From contig CBDESU010000002.1 in the NCBI GenBank assembly GCA_965242695.1, forward strand, positions 32,001 to 96,000: a stretch of 64,000 nucleotides of DNA, in the 5' to 3' direction. The notes beneath the pieces were generated by a model. It was not told the origin of the DNA. It saw only the letters and a list, made by a program, of their open reading frames with translations, and searched no databases. Made by a program: the position numbers and the translations under genes. Shown piece by piece: positions 48,838 to 59,556 of this stretch (its first letter is position 1; each line of letters begins with the position of its first letter). This DNA is from Cenarchaeum sp. GTDB lineage: Archaea > Thermoproteota > Nitrososphaeria > Nitrososphaerales > Nitrosopumilaceae.

Positions 48838-49317
48838 CTAGCGATCGGCGTACGAATTTGCAAGTTCCGAGCCGCAGGGCAGTACTTGCACACTGTGCCG
48901 TTTTCCGTTTATCTTGATCTTTTGGGCGCGCCAAAACACGTAGAAAAATTTTCGTTTGCGGCCCTTGATGAGCAGTAACAATTTTGGGTGACATTTCCTG
49001 TTTCTAAGAACATTCCGTTCAATCAGTGGAATTAGTCTGGAGGTGGGCAGAAACTTTTCCAGAACCCGCGTCTGCTCTACATTGCCGCTTTTGAGTTCAA
49101 CGAGCGACACGCGCGGTGGAAGCGTGTCGCGGATCACTATACAGTCGCAGGCTTTGCTACTTTTGATCACATCCTCGCCCTTTACCACTGCATAGTCGTC
49201 AATCCCAGTCAGGCTCAAGGAGCAGCCATGTTCACGGCAGCTTTCCCGCACAGCATTTCCGAACGTTGCGCGAGCCAGATGCCGCAGGTTTGCCCCGGGT
49301 GACGATTGTGCTGTCAA
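48838..49317 (-). CDS. Hypothetical protein, possible PD-(D/E)XK nuclease
   Basis: ACDCIVI..SLVELKSG pattern; overlaps ATPase stop; lower GC. Confidence 0.6.
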   Translation of the reverse strand: MTAQSSPGANLRHLARATFGNAVRESCREHGCSLSLTGIDDYAVVKGEDVIKSSKACDCIVIRDTLPPRVSLVELKSGNVEQTRVLEKFLPTSRLIPLIERNVLRNRKCHPKLLLLIKGRKRKFFYVFWRAQKIKINGKRHSVQVLPCGSELANSYADR

Positions 49318-50852
49318 TTCATGTACTCCTCGATGCGTATGTTGATGTCGTATAAAAATTTTTCGGTGTCGATAAACTCATCTTGTAAAAATCCATCCTC
49401 GGCCGACATGTCAATCTTCTTGGCGACGCAGCCGCCCTTCTCGTCTGGCGCAAAGAGATGCGGCGCGACCTCGTTCGGGCAAAGGTACAGATTGTCCGTC
49501 CCCACCGCCCGCCTTCGCTTTTCAGGAGGCAGGGGGCTCACCTCTAGGTACTGGCTGACTGCCTCGAACAGCGTGCCGCTGTGCGTCGTAATCATGACGT
49601 TGGCGCCGCCCCTCACAAGGCCTACTAGGTGACCGGCTAGGCGTATTTGGTTGCGTGGGTGCAGATGGGCCTCTGGCTCTTCTATGATGAGCATTCCACC
49701 GCGCCCCATGCTGTGCTTGAGGTACAGCGTGATCGGGGCAATCTCGGAAACCGTCGACGATGCCCGGTGTATCGGCACCTTGTCGGCATGGTTCCTGTAG
49801 ACGAGTTCCGGCAGGGCGTGGCGGCCGGGGTAGATCAGGGACACTCGCCCACCAAGCATGTCGCTTTCAATTTGCTCGCCGTGCTTCATATAGGGACCGC
49901 GAAGTGGCTGGATGTTGATTATTGCCGTGGCAAAATCAGAAACCACGCCCGGCAGTCCCGGGGCATGCCCGCCACGCGTTCCGCCAAGAGATGTACCGTC
50001 TATCATGCCTGACGAAATTGTCCTGTGCGCCTGCAGTATGCCCGTCCGCCCTGCCGGAAAGTAAAAGCTGCCTGCCGGCAAGCCAGGGATCATTCTGGGC
50101 ATGATTCTTTCTTCAATCATGCTGCAAAGGCGGCGCGCCGCGGTCGCCGCAAATTTGTGTGCGATCAAGCCGGGGTGTATTCGGCAGAGAATTTCGTTGT
50201 CGGCGACGAACTCTGCATCCAGTTGCGGCAGGCCAGAAGCCCTTGTCGCCTGGAGCGAGATAGAGATCTTCTCGGGCGATCCCAGCTCGAACCCGGATGC
50301 CCCATACCTCAAGATCTGCCGGCGGCCGGCCTTCAAGTCCACAGAAAAGCGCTTTGTCTTGCCCCTAGCCAAGCTTTGCAACGGGGATGCAAAGTTGAGC
50401 TCCAGCTCCCGTTCAAGCCTCGCAGCGAGGCGTTGTCGACATGACGATGTTATCTGAGATGCCAGGCGGGGCGGGCACTTGTACACCCTTCCTGGCGCGA
50501 GGGAGAGGAGCGCCTCCGCCATGTTTTTGTCCATGGCGCTAGATACGGCCTTGCCTCCGTCGGGTGCGGCCGTCGCCATATGGCGCCTTGCCGTGCCTAG
50601 CCCCGAGGAAATAATCGAGTGGGCCAGCATCGCTGCGTACGATTTTCCCGTGTTGCTCGGGCCTATGAAGATCGTAAGGGGCCGCAGCGAGAGCGATGCC
50701 CTCTTGATCGGGCCAAAGTTCCTGATCGCCATGTCCAAATGCAGTGGCGCGACGTCTTCTTGCGCGGGCTCGGCAGCCGGCATGGGCGCATCCAAGTGCT
50801 GTGCAGGGCGCCTGCCAACCCGTGTCTTTCGCTTCTCGCTCTTTCCCTTCAC
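49314..50852 (-). CDS. ABC-type AAA_15/AAA_21 ATPase (defence-associated family)
   Basis: IRNFGPIK, FIGPSNTGKS, ASSTVSE, IIEEPEAHLHP, ITTHS; TATATAT box about 50876-50886. Confidence 0.85.
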   Translation of the reverse strand: MKGKSEKRKTRVGRRPAQHLDAPMPAAEPAQEDVAPLHLDMAIRNFGPIKRASLSLRPLTIFIGPSNTGKSYAAMLAHSIISSGLGTARRHMATAAPDGGKAVSSAMDKNMAEALLSLAPGRVYKCPPRLASQITSSCRQRLAARLERELELNFASPLQSLARGKTKRFSVDLKAGRRQILRYGASGFELGSPEKISISLQATRASGLPQLDAEFVADNEILCRIHPGLIAHKFAATAARRLCSMIEERIMPRMIPGLPAGSFYFPAGRTGILQAHRTISSGMIDGTSLGGTRGGHAPGLPGVVSDFATAIINIQPLRGPYMKHGEQIESDMLGGRVSLIYPGRHALPELVYRNHADKVPIHRASSTVSEIAPITLYLKHSMGRGGMLIIEEPEAHLHPRNQIRLAGHLVGLVRGGANVMITTHSGTLFEAVSQYLEVSPLPPEKRRRAVGTDNLYLCPNEVAPHLFAPDEKGGCVAKKIDMSAEDGFLQDEFIDTEKFLYDINIRIEEYMN

Positions 50853-51063
50853 GACCGCCGGTGTATTTTTGTCTAATATATATATGAGGCGTACGGGACA
50901 GCAAGGCATCAATGCCTGTGGGCTGCCGGAGATGGCGCGCCAGAGCCCGCGCGCGGCGGCAGTCGAACCTGGAGGAAGATGTGGCGGGCGCAGCTGCCGA
51001 GAAGCGGCCGTTCCGGCGGCGATCGCGGGCGCGGACAGGCGCGGCAGCGGGCGCGCGCAGGCC

Positions 51064-52124
51064 CTAGGCGCGGCCTCTGCCGGCGGCGGCGGCATCGGCC
51101 GCCTCCAGCACGCCTGGCAGGAGCAGTATGGAGTCGAGGACGGCGTCGGCCCCGCCGGCGTCGAACATCTCTAGCCGCCCCCGCGGGCTCGACGTAGAGC
51201 CCGTGATGCCGCAGAACGCGACCTCTATGTCCTCGCCGGCGCTTTCAGCGGCCTGGCCGGCCCTGCGGGCCATGAGCAGGTCCTCGTACGAGTCGCCGGC
51301 GTACAGGCAGCGGCGCCCGCCCATGGCCCGTATCGAGCGGAGGAGCGCCTCTGGGTTGGGCTTTGCCATTTCGCGCGGCTCGTCCTCTAGGAACGCGGAC
51401 GCGCGCATGTCAAGGACGTCGAGCAGGGGGCCGAGCGTGTGCCGCGCCGGCGCGATGCCCCTCCCCGTCACGAGCGAGGCGCGGCCCGAGAACCTATCAC
51501 GCAGGGCCTCGAGCACGCCGCGCGTGGCAACGACGCGGTCTCGCTCGATGAGGCCCTCTTCGGAGAACGGCGAGGGCGCTCCGGCGAGCCTCTTGTACAG
51601 GGCGGGGCCGTAGAAGAGCTGGTCGAACATGTCGCGGACGGGGCAGGGCCGGCCGGGCTCGGGCGGGTACGGGCCGAGCGACAGGCGGGCGGCGCGGATG
51701 TCCTGCGCTGCGCGGGCCAGGTGGCGCTCGACGGACGCCACGCCGCGGTCGTCGGCGGCGGCTGCCGCATCGAGCACCGCACGTGCAGAGTCGGCCCCGG
51801 CCTGGCGCGCTACGACAACCGACAGGGCGATCGCGTACGCTACGTCGACCTCGTCGTTGAACCCGCCGGCCGCCTTGAAGTCGTCGATCATGGCAGGCGT
51901 GACGGCCGGCGGGTCGGCTATTCCGGCCAGCCGCCCTAGCGCGTGGCGGACGGTCGATGCGATGGCCGCATCGTACGACTCGGAGACGTCGACGAGCACG
52001 CCGTCGCAGTCGAGCGCGATGCAGTCGGCAGAGGCCAGGCGGGAGTAGGCGGCTGCGCCGCCGGCAAGGTATGCGCCCTCTCCGGCCGGGCGCAGGGCTC
52101 GCAGCGGCCTCGTCGCACGTTCAC
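51064..52124 (-). CDS. HAD-superfamily hydrolase in his cluster (probable histidinol-phosphatase); 1-nt frameshift near start
   Basis: IALDCDGVLVD motif I just upstream of the listed ORF, VTGR, KPNP, YAGDSYED; GTG overlapping the hisC stop is one base out of frame. Confidence 0.8.
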
Positions 52125-53377
52125 CCCAGGAGGTCCCTCACGGCTAGCAGGAACCTAGAGTTCATCTCGCGCGTGCCGATCGTGACGCGCAGGCACCCCT
52201 CGCGGCGGCCTATCCGGCCCAGGCGCCTCACCGAGATGCCCTGCTCGGCGAGCGCGGCGTGCACGCGGCGGTGGGCCCCGCCGGCGTCGAACAGGACAAA
52301 GTTGGCGTCAGAGTCGAACACGTCAAACGCCCCGTGCGAGCGCAGCTCGCGCGCGACGCGCGTCCTCTCGCGGCGCACAAGGTCGGCGACCTCGCGCACC
52401 TGCCCCGAGCGGCGCAGCGCCTCTATGCCCGCCTCTACGGCCAGCGAGCTTACGGGGTATGGGTACCCCACGGCCCGGTTGTACGCCTCGGCGATGCGCC
52501 CGCCGGCGGCAAAGTAGCCGAGGCGCAGGCCGGCGAGCCCGAACGACTTTGAGAACGTGCGGACGACGGCCAGGTTGTCGATGCGCCTTGTCCACCGCAC
52601 CGCCGTGTAGCCGGCAAACTCGGCGTACGCCTCGTCGATTACGACGAGGCCGTCGAACGCGGATGCAACGTCCTCTAGGTCGGTGCGGCCGAGCTGGAAG
52701 CCGGTCGGGTTGTTGGGCATGTCGAGGTAGAGCATGCCGGGCGCGCCGCGCGGGCCGCCCTTGAAGGCGCGGCAGGCGGCCAGCAGGGCCCCCGCGTCGA
52801 GCGTCATGTCGTCAGAGTAGGGCACGGATGTGACCGGAACCGAGTAGAGGCGGCAGCGGTCCTCGAAGAAGGCAAACGTCGGCGAGGATGCAAGGACGCG
52901 CCCGCCCTGGCCTGCGACGAACGCGGCGAGCAGCTGGTCGAGTATCTGGTCTGACCCGCTGCCGATGCCGACCGACGAGGCCGGCACCCGCAGGTGCCGC
53001 GCGATGGCGCCGGCAAGCCTCTCCGCGCCGCCGAGGGGGTACTCGCGGACGTCGACGGCCTTGCGGGCGGCGCGCAGGAGATCGGCCTGGAACTGGCGCG
53101 GCATGGCCATGTTCTCGTTCGAGTCGAGCTTTAGGTAGCCGGCGGCCCGGGCGGGGGGAGCGGAGGCAGGCTGCGAGGATGGCGGGGATGCCCGGCCGGC
53201 CGCGGACGCCGCCTGCCGCGCGGCCGAGGGCGGGAGGTCGGGCTTTTCGTATCCCTGCATCGCCGCGTACCGGTCGGCAAGCCGCTCTAGGGCCGCGCGG
53301 CCCCGTCCTGCCGGCGCGGCCGGCTTGGCGGCCCGGCCCGCGGCGCGCCGCCGCGGCGCGGCCCTAGCGGGAGCCAC
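52121..53377 (-). CDS. hisC: Histidinol-phosphate aminotransferase
   Basis: LKLDSNEN, PNNPTG, IDEAYAEF, RTFSKSFGLAGLRLGY, LRVTIG; start uncertain. Confidence 0.92.
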   Translation of the reverse strand: MAPARAAPRRRAAGRAAKPAAPAGRGRAALERLADRYAAMQGYEKPDLPPSAARQAASAAGRASPPSSQPASAPPARAAGYLKLDSNENMAMPRQFQADLLRAARKAVDVREYPLGGAERLAGAIARHLRVPASSVGIGSGSDQILDQLLAAFVAGQGGRVLASSPTFAFFEDRCRLYSVPVTSVPYSDDMTLDAGALLAACRAFKGGPRGAPGMLYLDMPNNPTGFQLGRTDLEDVASAFDGLVVIDEAYAEFAGYTAVRWTRRIDNLAVVRTFSKSFGLAGLRLGYFAAGGRIAEAYNRAVGYPYPVSSLAVEAGIEALRRSGQVREVADLVRRERTRVARELRSHGAFDVFDSDANFVLFDAGGAHRRVHAALAEQGISVRRLGRIGRREGCLRVTIGTREMNSRFLLAVRDLLG

Positions 53378-54697
53378 CTGCAATCCTCTCCTCGACGGCC
53401 GCATGGTGCGCAGGCAGGCCCTCCGCCTCTGCAAGGGCCTTGATGTTCGCCGAGACGCCCTTTAGCTCGCGCCTTGTCGTGCGCAGCACGGTTACGAGCC
53501 GGACAAAGTCGAGCGCCGAGAGCGGGCCGCGCGCCCGGGCAAGGCCGCCGGTCGGCAGCACGTGGTTTGAGCCGAGCATGTAGTCGCTCGCCGACGACGG
53601 CGAGTGGTGCCCTGCAAGGACGAGGCCTGCCGGAAAGGGGTCGGCCAGGGCAGTGGCAGCCGACGCCCTGGCCGATGCGCCGCTGGCGTCCCCGACCATC
53701 AGCTCGAGGTGCTCGGGGGCAACGGCCCGGACAAGCGCCTCGGCATCCCCGAGGCTGCCGCACACGGCGATGAACCCGTGGGCGGACAGGGCAGACCGGA
53801 CAATCCGGCCGCGCGCCGCACCCCTGGCGGCGGCAAGTACCTCTGATGCGATCTCGCGCGCCTTGGCGCCCGAGTCGGTGGCCACAAAGCAGAACGCATC
53901 GCAGCTGTGCTCGGCCTGCGAGACGAGGTCGGCGGCGACGAGGCGCGCATCGGCCGACGAGTCGGCCAGTATGCCGAGCTCGGTCGGCCCCGCCACCATG
54001 TCGATTGCGACGTGCGCCGAGGCGATCGACTTTGCCAGGGTCACAAACCTCCCGCCCGGCCCCGTTATCTTGTCGACTCGCGGCACCGCGGCCGTGCCGT
54101 ACGCCAGGGCCGCTACGGCCTGCGCGCCGCCCATGCGATACACCTCGGTCGCCCCGCACATGTCGGCGGCGGCGAGCGTAAGGGCGTCGACCGACCCGTC
54201 GGGGGCCGGCGGCGTGGCCACGGCGATGCGCCGGACGCCAGCGGCCCGGGCCGGCACGACCTGCATGACGGCCGAGCTCGGGTACCGCGCAAGGCCGCCG
54301 GGCACGTAGCAGCCGACGCTGGCGATCGGCGCCATCCTCCTCTCGAGTACGGTCCCGACCGGCGTCCGGGTCGAGGCCCTGCCCGAGGCGAACTCGCGCA
54401 TGACGGCGCGCTCGGAGGCGAGCAGGCGGCGGCGCGCCTCGTCAATGGCCGCTAGCGCGTCCGGCGGCGCGTCGCGGCGCGCCCGCCTGATCTCGGCGCG
54501 CGAGACGCGCAGGGGCATGTCGTGCCGCGAAAAGCGCCGCTCGTGCTCGGCCACGGCCTCGTCGCCCCGCTCGCGCACGTCGCGCATGATGCGCTCGACC
54601 GCGCGCCGGTCGCGCTCGGGCGGCGGCGGGGGCCGAGCGGACGCGGCGAACTCGGCGATCGCGCCCTTGCGGACGCGGACGATGCGGATTGCGCCAT
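53364..54697 (-). CDS. hisD: Histidinol dehydrogenase (apparent 1-nt frameshift just after ATG 54697)
   Basis: YVPGG, GGAQAVAALAYGT, IDMVAGPTE, SQAEH, APEHL, GSNHVLPT; frame open to about 54737 without canonical start upstream of 54587. Confidence 0.92.
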
Positions 54698-54717
54698 CCG
54701 CGGCGGCGGCGGCGCGG

Positions 54718-55698
54718 CTACTTTTCCTCGTCTCGCTTTACCTCCTCGAGTTCGAGTATCTGGCGCGGCTCGTGGACGACGAGGCCCTGCGCGGTGCGGC
54801 GGAGCCGCGGGATGAGCTTGTGGTAGTCGGACTTTAGTATGACGGTGTTGACGCCGTACCACTCGCCGTCCTCGCCGGCGAGCCGGCTGACGGTCGGGCG
54901 CTTGAGCGACGGGATGTCGCGCAGCAGGCCCTTTAGGTTGGCCCCCTCGACGTTGAGGTACAGGTGGAGGTACTTTTGGCCCTGGACTGCGCCGCGCATG
55001 AGCGTCACGATGTCGAATATCTTTCCGCGCTTTGCGGGGTCCTTGAGCGACGCGCGGTTGGCGACGAGGTGCGCCGTCGATTCCGTCACGGTGTCGGCGA
55101 TCTTTAGCTTGTTCTGGCGGAGGGTCGTGCCCGTCTCGGTCACGTCGATGATGGCGTCGACGTCGTCGGGCGGCTTTGCCTCGGTCGCGCCGAACGACAG
55201 GTGTATCTGCACGGCCCGGTTAGAGCCCGTGCGGAGCCACGGCGTGACGATCAGCGGCTTTTTTGTTCCGTGCGCCCTCTTGTACGACGGCAGGCCGGCG
55301 ATGAACGCGGATGCCGTCGTCAGGTACTCGGACGAGACGCGCAGCGTCCTCTTCCTGCGGGCATAGTCGGCGACCATCGCGTCCATGTCGCGGTACCGGT
55401 AGCGGTCCGGAAACGCCACGACGAGCCTTATGCGGCCGTACTCTAGGTCCAGCAGCGGCTCGACGTCGGCCTTTGCCTCGGCGACCCAGTCCCTGCCGGT
55501 GATGCCGACGTCGTACAGCCCCTCGGCGACCAGGGTCGGTATCTCCTGCGGGCGCAGCATCTTGACGGCTATGCTCCGGTCGTCAAGGAAGACGCGGTAG
55601 GTGCGGCTCTTGCGGGTGACCCTCGTCCACGACCGCTCCAGCAGGCGGAACGTCGCGTCCTCTAGGCTGCCCTTTGGTATGGCAAACTTTACCTGCAC
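54718..55698 (-). CDS. hisG: ATP phosphoribosyltransferase
   Basis: FAIPKGSL, RPQEIP, DVGITGRD, GATEA, DVTETGTTL; TTATAT box at 55721-55726. Confidence 0.95.
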   Translation of the reverse strand: MQVKFAIPKGSLEDATFRLLERSWTRVTRKSRTYRVFLDDRSIAVKMLRPQEIPTLVAEGLYDVGITGRDWVAEAKADVEPLLDLEYGRIRLVVAFPDRYRYRDMDAMVADYARRKRTLRVSSEYLTTASAFIAGLPSYKRAHGTKKPLIVTPWLRTGSNRAVQIHLSFGATEAKPPDDVDAIIDVTETGTTLRQNKLKIADTVTESTAHLVANRASLKDPAKRGKIFDIVTLMRGAVQGQKYLHLYLNVEGANLKGLLRDIPSLKRPTVSRLAGEDGEWYGVNTVILKSDYHKLIPRLRRTAQGLVVHEPRQILELEEVKRDEEK

Positions 55699-55798
55699 GC
55701 CGGCCGTGCCGCGAGGGCCCATATAACAGGGCCCTGCGGGGCGGCGGAGAGGATGGAGGGGCGCCCGTATCCACCCGCCCGCCCCCCTGCCGCGCGCG

Positions 55799-58507
55799 TC
55801 ACCTTGCCATGCACGCCTGCAGTATCTTGGCGGCCCCCTTCTTGTCCAGGTGCCGGTTGAAGTGCGAGCAGCCCTCCCACTGCGTGCAGCGCGGGCACCC
55901 CTCGACGTACTTGCACGGGCACTGCTTGACCAGCCCGGCGGCGCGCTTGATGATCGCCTTTTGCCGCTCGAAGACGGCCTTTGAGAACCCGTTGCCGCCG
56001 TTCATCGAGTTGTCGTAGAGCATGACGATCCCCTGCTCGGCGTCGATCATCCCCGCAATGTCGCCGGGGCTCGCCCCCGTGATCATCGTCGCCGCGTGGG
56101 CGAGCAGGTGCTTTGCCCCGTGCACGGCCCCGTCGAGCTCGGTGAGCGAGTCGGCAATCGACATCTCGGCGGCAAGCGGCTCGCGCTTGCCGCGCAGGGA
56201 GCGGTCGGCCGGCGCGGCCGGCTTTGGGGGCTCGTCGTCCTCGCCGCCGCTACCGCCGCTCCCGCTCCCGCCCCCCTTCTCCTCGGGCCTCGGCTCGGCG
56301 ATGCGGAACGCGGCGCCCGTCGTCGCGTAGTCGAACTTTAGGTTTGTGCGCGACTCGTGCAGGACGGCCTTGTCCATGGCCGCAAAGCGGCTCTTTTCGT
56401 AGTAGCCTGATATGGTGTGGTACACGCGGACGCGGCCGTATCCGGAGGGGGCGCTGCCGCGGCTCGCCCGCGACTCGATCATCCGCTCCATGCGCGCGCT
56501 CTTGTATACCACGGGCGTGGTCACGTTCCTTACGTTCACGCGGCGCAGGATCGCCGCCGGGTGGTCGCCCCTGTTCAGGGAGATGGAGCGGTACGTGCGG
56601 CGGTCGTGGAAGTAGAGCGCGCCCGGGTGCAGCCAGTAGTAGGCAAGCGGTATCTCGACCTGGCCTATGCGCGTGCGGCGCCCGCCGCCGGTCGCGTCGA
56701 GCAGCGTGACGGACGAGCCGATGTCGCGTATGCTGTACGACTGTACGGCCTCCCAGCCCTGCTCGGTGCACCTGTACGTGCCGTCCTTGCCGGCCTCGAG
56801 CAGGCCGTCCCGCGCGAGCGCCTTTGCCGTGCCCTTGTGGCCGGAGGGCATCTCGCCGGCGGCGATCGGCCGGTCGAGCGCCATCAGGACGAGCTGCTTT
56901 TCGTCTACGGTCGGGTTTTCCATGCCGGGGCCGTGGCTCTTGGCGTCGGCAAGGTACTGCTCGGGGTGGTACGCGTAGTAGCCCGGGATGGCGCTGTTCT
57001 CGTCGAGGACCATGACGGCGTTCGACGCCTGCCCCTTGCGGCCGGCCCTGCCGATGCGCTGCAGCAGGCGCGGGTGCGGCGCGTACGACGAGACGACGGC
57101 GTCCAGCTTGCCGAGGTTGATGCCGACCTCCAGGGTCGGCGTGCATGCGACCGCCTGTATCGAGCCGGAGCGGAGGCCCGACTCGATGATGGCGCGCCGC
57201 TCCTCGGTTATCCCCGAGCGGTGGACGTGTATCTGCAGCTTCGAGTCGCTGCCGTCGATGCCGATCACCTCGGCCTCCTTGCGCGACCTTGCAAACGCGA
57301 GCGTCTGGCGCGAGTCGAGGGCGAACATGCGTGTGAGGTCGGTCATGAGCTTGCGCTCGGACTCGGTCCGCACGAGCTGGAGCGTCATCGGGCCGCGGTT
57401 GCCCGACCCCGCCACCTCTTCGACGTCGGCCGAGAAGAGCCTCGAGCAGAAGCCGACGGGGTCGTCCATGGTAGCCGACGATGCGACGAGCTGCACGCCG
57501 GGGTTGAGGCGGGCGAGGCGCCGTATGATCCAGGACACGTTGGCCCCGAAGAAGCCGGTGTACTGGTGCGCCTCGTCGACGACGATGAAGCGCAGCGAGT
57601 CGATTATGCGGCAGAACTGCTCCGAGGCCGCCGACCTCTCGGAGCGCGCAAGGTGGTACGAGACAAAGTCAAAGTTGGTCGCGAGTATGTCCGGCGGGTC
57701 GGCCAGCAGGGCCTTGCGGTATCCGGGGTCCTTCTTGCTGCCGTCGAGCTGCTTTGCCGAGACGCCGCATGCGTCGGCGATGCCGCCGATGTTGGCGATC
57801 TGGTCGGACGCGAGCGCCTTTGTCGGGTACAGGAACAGCGCCGAGACGCCCTTCTTGCGGCGGCTGCCGCGCCTCAGTATCTCGTCCATGACGGGGACAA
57901 GGAACGCCATTGTCTTGCCCGATGCTGTCGAGGCCGTGACGACGACGTTGCGGCCGGAGCGTATCCTTTTGATGGCGTCGGCCTGGAACTCGTAGAGGCG
58001 GTCGATCGTACCGCCCACGGCTGCGCGCAGGCGGCGGCTCTTGACGAGCTTTTCGAGCGGCTCTTCGGCGTAGCGGGGCGTCTCGGCGGGGTACGTGTGC
58101 TCGTAGACGATCGCGCTGTCCTTGCGGCCGCGCACATGGGCCGCGTACTCGGAGGCGTTGCGGGGCGAGAGGTCGGGGAGGGCCGGCTCGTCGGGGCTGT
58201 CGGAGGGCGGGGCGGGTGCCGGGGCGTCCGCGCCGGGGGCGGCGCTCGGGTCGGGGTTGGAGGGGACAGCAAGATCGGGCGCTGTCGGGGCTGGGGCGGA
58301 CGCGGGGCCGCGGCGGCGGGCTGGGCGACGCTTTGCGGCAGGCTTTTGCACGCGGCGGACAGGGGGCGCCCACTGGCGGGCCGTGGGCGATGTGGTCACC
58401 TTGTACTTGCAGAGGCTGCATACCTGCGTCTCGATGCCGTTGACGAGCTGCTCGTAGAGGCGGCCGCGGCACTTTGGGCACACCTTGGGCTGCGCAGAGT
58501 ACGACAT
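55799..58507 (-). CDS. DEAD/DEAH helicase with C-terminal DUF1998 (Hrq1/MrfA-like) and N-terminal Zn ribbon
   Basis: CPKC..CSLC; TASGKT, YPTKALASDQ, VDEAH, TLEVGIN, QRIGRAGR; CPC..GCPRC. Confidence 0.88.
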   Translation of the reverse strand: MSYSAQPKVCPKCRGRLYEQLVNGIETQVCSLCKYKVTTSPTARQWAPPVRRVQKPAAKRRPARRRGPASAPAPTAPDLAVPSNPDPSAAPGADAPAPAPPSDSPDEPALPDLSPRNASEYAAHVRGRKDSAIVYEHTYPAETPRYAEEPLEKLVKSRRLRAAVGGTIDRLYEFQADAIKRIRSGRNVVVTASTASGKTMAFLVPVMDEILRRGSRRKKGVSALFLYPTKALASDQIANIGGIADACGVSAKQLDGSKKDPGYRKALLADPPDILATNFDFVSYHLARSERSAASEQFCRIIDSLRFIVVDEAHQYTGFFGANVSWIIRRLARLNPGVQLVASSATMDDPVGFCSRLFSADVEEVAGSGNRGPMTLQLVRTESERKLMTDLTRMFALDSRQTLAFARSRKEAEVIGIDGSDSKLQIHVHRSGITEERRAIIESGLRSGSIQAVACTPTLEVGINLGKLDAVVSSYAPHPRLLQRIGRAGRKGQASNAVMVLDENSAIPGYYAYHPEQYLADAKSHGPGMENPTVDEKQLVLMALDRPIAAGEMPSGHKGTAKALARDGLLEAGKDGTYRCTEQGWEAVQSYSIRDIGSSVTLLDATGGGRRTRIGQVEIPLAYYWLHPGALYFHDRRTYRSISLNRGDHPAAILRRVNVRNVTTPVVYKSARMERMIESRASRGSAPSGYGRVRVYHTISGYYEKSRFAAMDKAVLHESRTNLKFDYATTGAAFRIAEPRPEEKGGGSGSGGSGGEDDEPPKPAAPADRSLRGKREPLAAEMSIADSLTELDGAVHGAKHLLAHAATMITGASPGDIAGMIDAEQGIVMLYDNSMNGGNGFSKAVFERQKAIIKRAAGLVKQCPCKYVEGCPRCTQWEGCSHFNRHLDKKGAAKILQACMAR

Positions 58508-58705
58508 TGACGGCGGCGCGCCGCAGACGGCTTGTATTACTCTTGCGGGGGCGGCGCACGGAAGGAGTCGTCTTGCTGCAACCAGATGCGCGGCTGCTTT
58601 CGGGCTCTACATGGAACGACATGCCAATAGGCATTGCGGCGGCTAGTGCGGCAAGATTGACGATCTAGTGAAAAAAAGGGCGGGTTTGCCCCAAGCGGAG
58701 TAAGC

Positions 58706-59326
58706 CTAGCGTGACTTGACATCGAGTGTGCCCCGCGTCGGGTGGCCAGACACGTGGCGAAACCGCGGATTGGACGGATCGGGGCAGGCCCGACGAGGCA
58801 GGCGCCTGCGGCGTTTGCCCTTCGGCGCCACCGGGCATCCAGTGGGGGCGCTAGGCATCGGGTGGTAGTCTGCGCGGTACTCGTAGAGTCCATAGGGCAA
58901 GCCGTGCGTCTCATCAGGATTGATGCACGGTACACCTTCAGCCCGGGCGACCTTGACCAGAGGACCGTCGCGTGTCCAAAGGGTATACTTCGTATGCTTG
59001 GCGTATGCGAGAACAAAGTTGTCGGGATCGTGAAGAAGATCGTGGAGACACTCCATCTCAACGGCATCGGCGCGCATCTCAGGAGTCAGGTCATCACGAA
59101 CCGTCCTGGCGACGCCTAGCTGTTTAAGCATGGTACGAATGCCTTCAAAATCCACACGCCTTTTCTTGTACATCTCGTGGATGACCGGTTCACAGACATG
59201 GGCCACGACACCCTTGAGGATGCCCTGATCCTGCACCATCTTGAAGTAGACCGGCTTGTCGCGCATCTCTATGAGAGGGCATGTGTCAACCGTGACGTGC
59301 CTAGGTTTGGGTATTCTTTCCAACAT
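58706..59326 (-). CDS. PIN-domain protein
   Basis: VTVDTCPLI, PVIHEM, PDNFVLAYA, LWTRDGPL. Confidence 0.7.
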   Translation of the reverse strand: MLERIPKPRHVTVDTCPLIEMRDKPVYFKMVQDQGILKGVVAHVCEPVIHEMYKKRRVDFEGIRTMLKQLGVARTVRDDLTPEMRADAVEMECLHDLLHDPDNFVLAYAKHTKYTLWTRDGPLVKVARAEGVPCINPDETHGLPYGLYEYRADYHPMPSAPTGCPVAPKGKRRRRLPRRACPDPSNPRFRHVSGHPTRGTLDVKSR

Positions 59327-59540
59327 TGCCCGGAGCGCCCAATCTACCTAATATAAGGATACTTATTTTCAATGTAAGTTTGGAAGTGCAACTAAACAAC
59401 AGTGTAAAGATTTTAGATAAAATTACATCAATGTATGGATAAAATTTTAAAAAGAGATTATTACACGTATAAATCACAAAAAAAGGGCCAAAAATGTGAA
59501 AATTTGCCAGATCATGCATACGTAATGGCTATAAGGGCCT
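59327..59540. other. Strongly AT-rich intergenic region between divergent genes
   Basis: About 200 bp of A/T-dominated sequence in a GC-rich window. Confidence 0.7.
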
Positions 59541-59556
59541 ATGATCCGGCCCGGCC

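Noticed and set aside
55799-58507. Third DISARM/Druantia component
   Set aside because: Single-chain helicase-DUF1998 of Hrq1/MrfA type in housekeeping context.
59327-59540. Replication origin
   Set aside because: No adjacent orc1/cdc6 and no convincing repeated ORB boxes.
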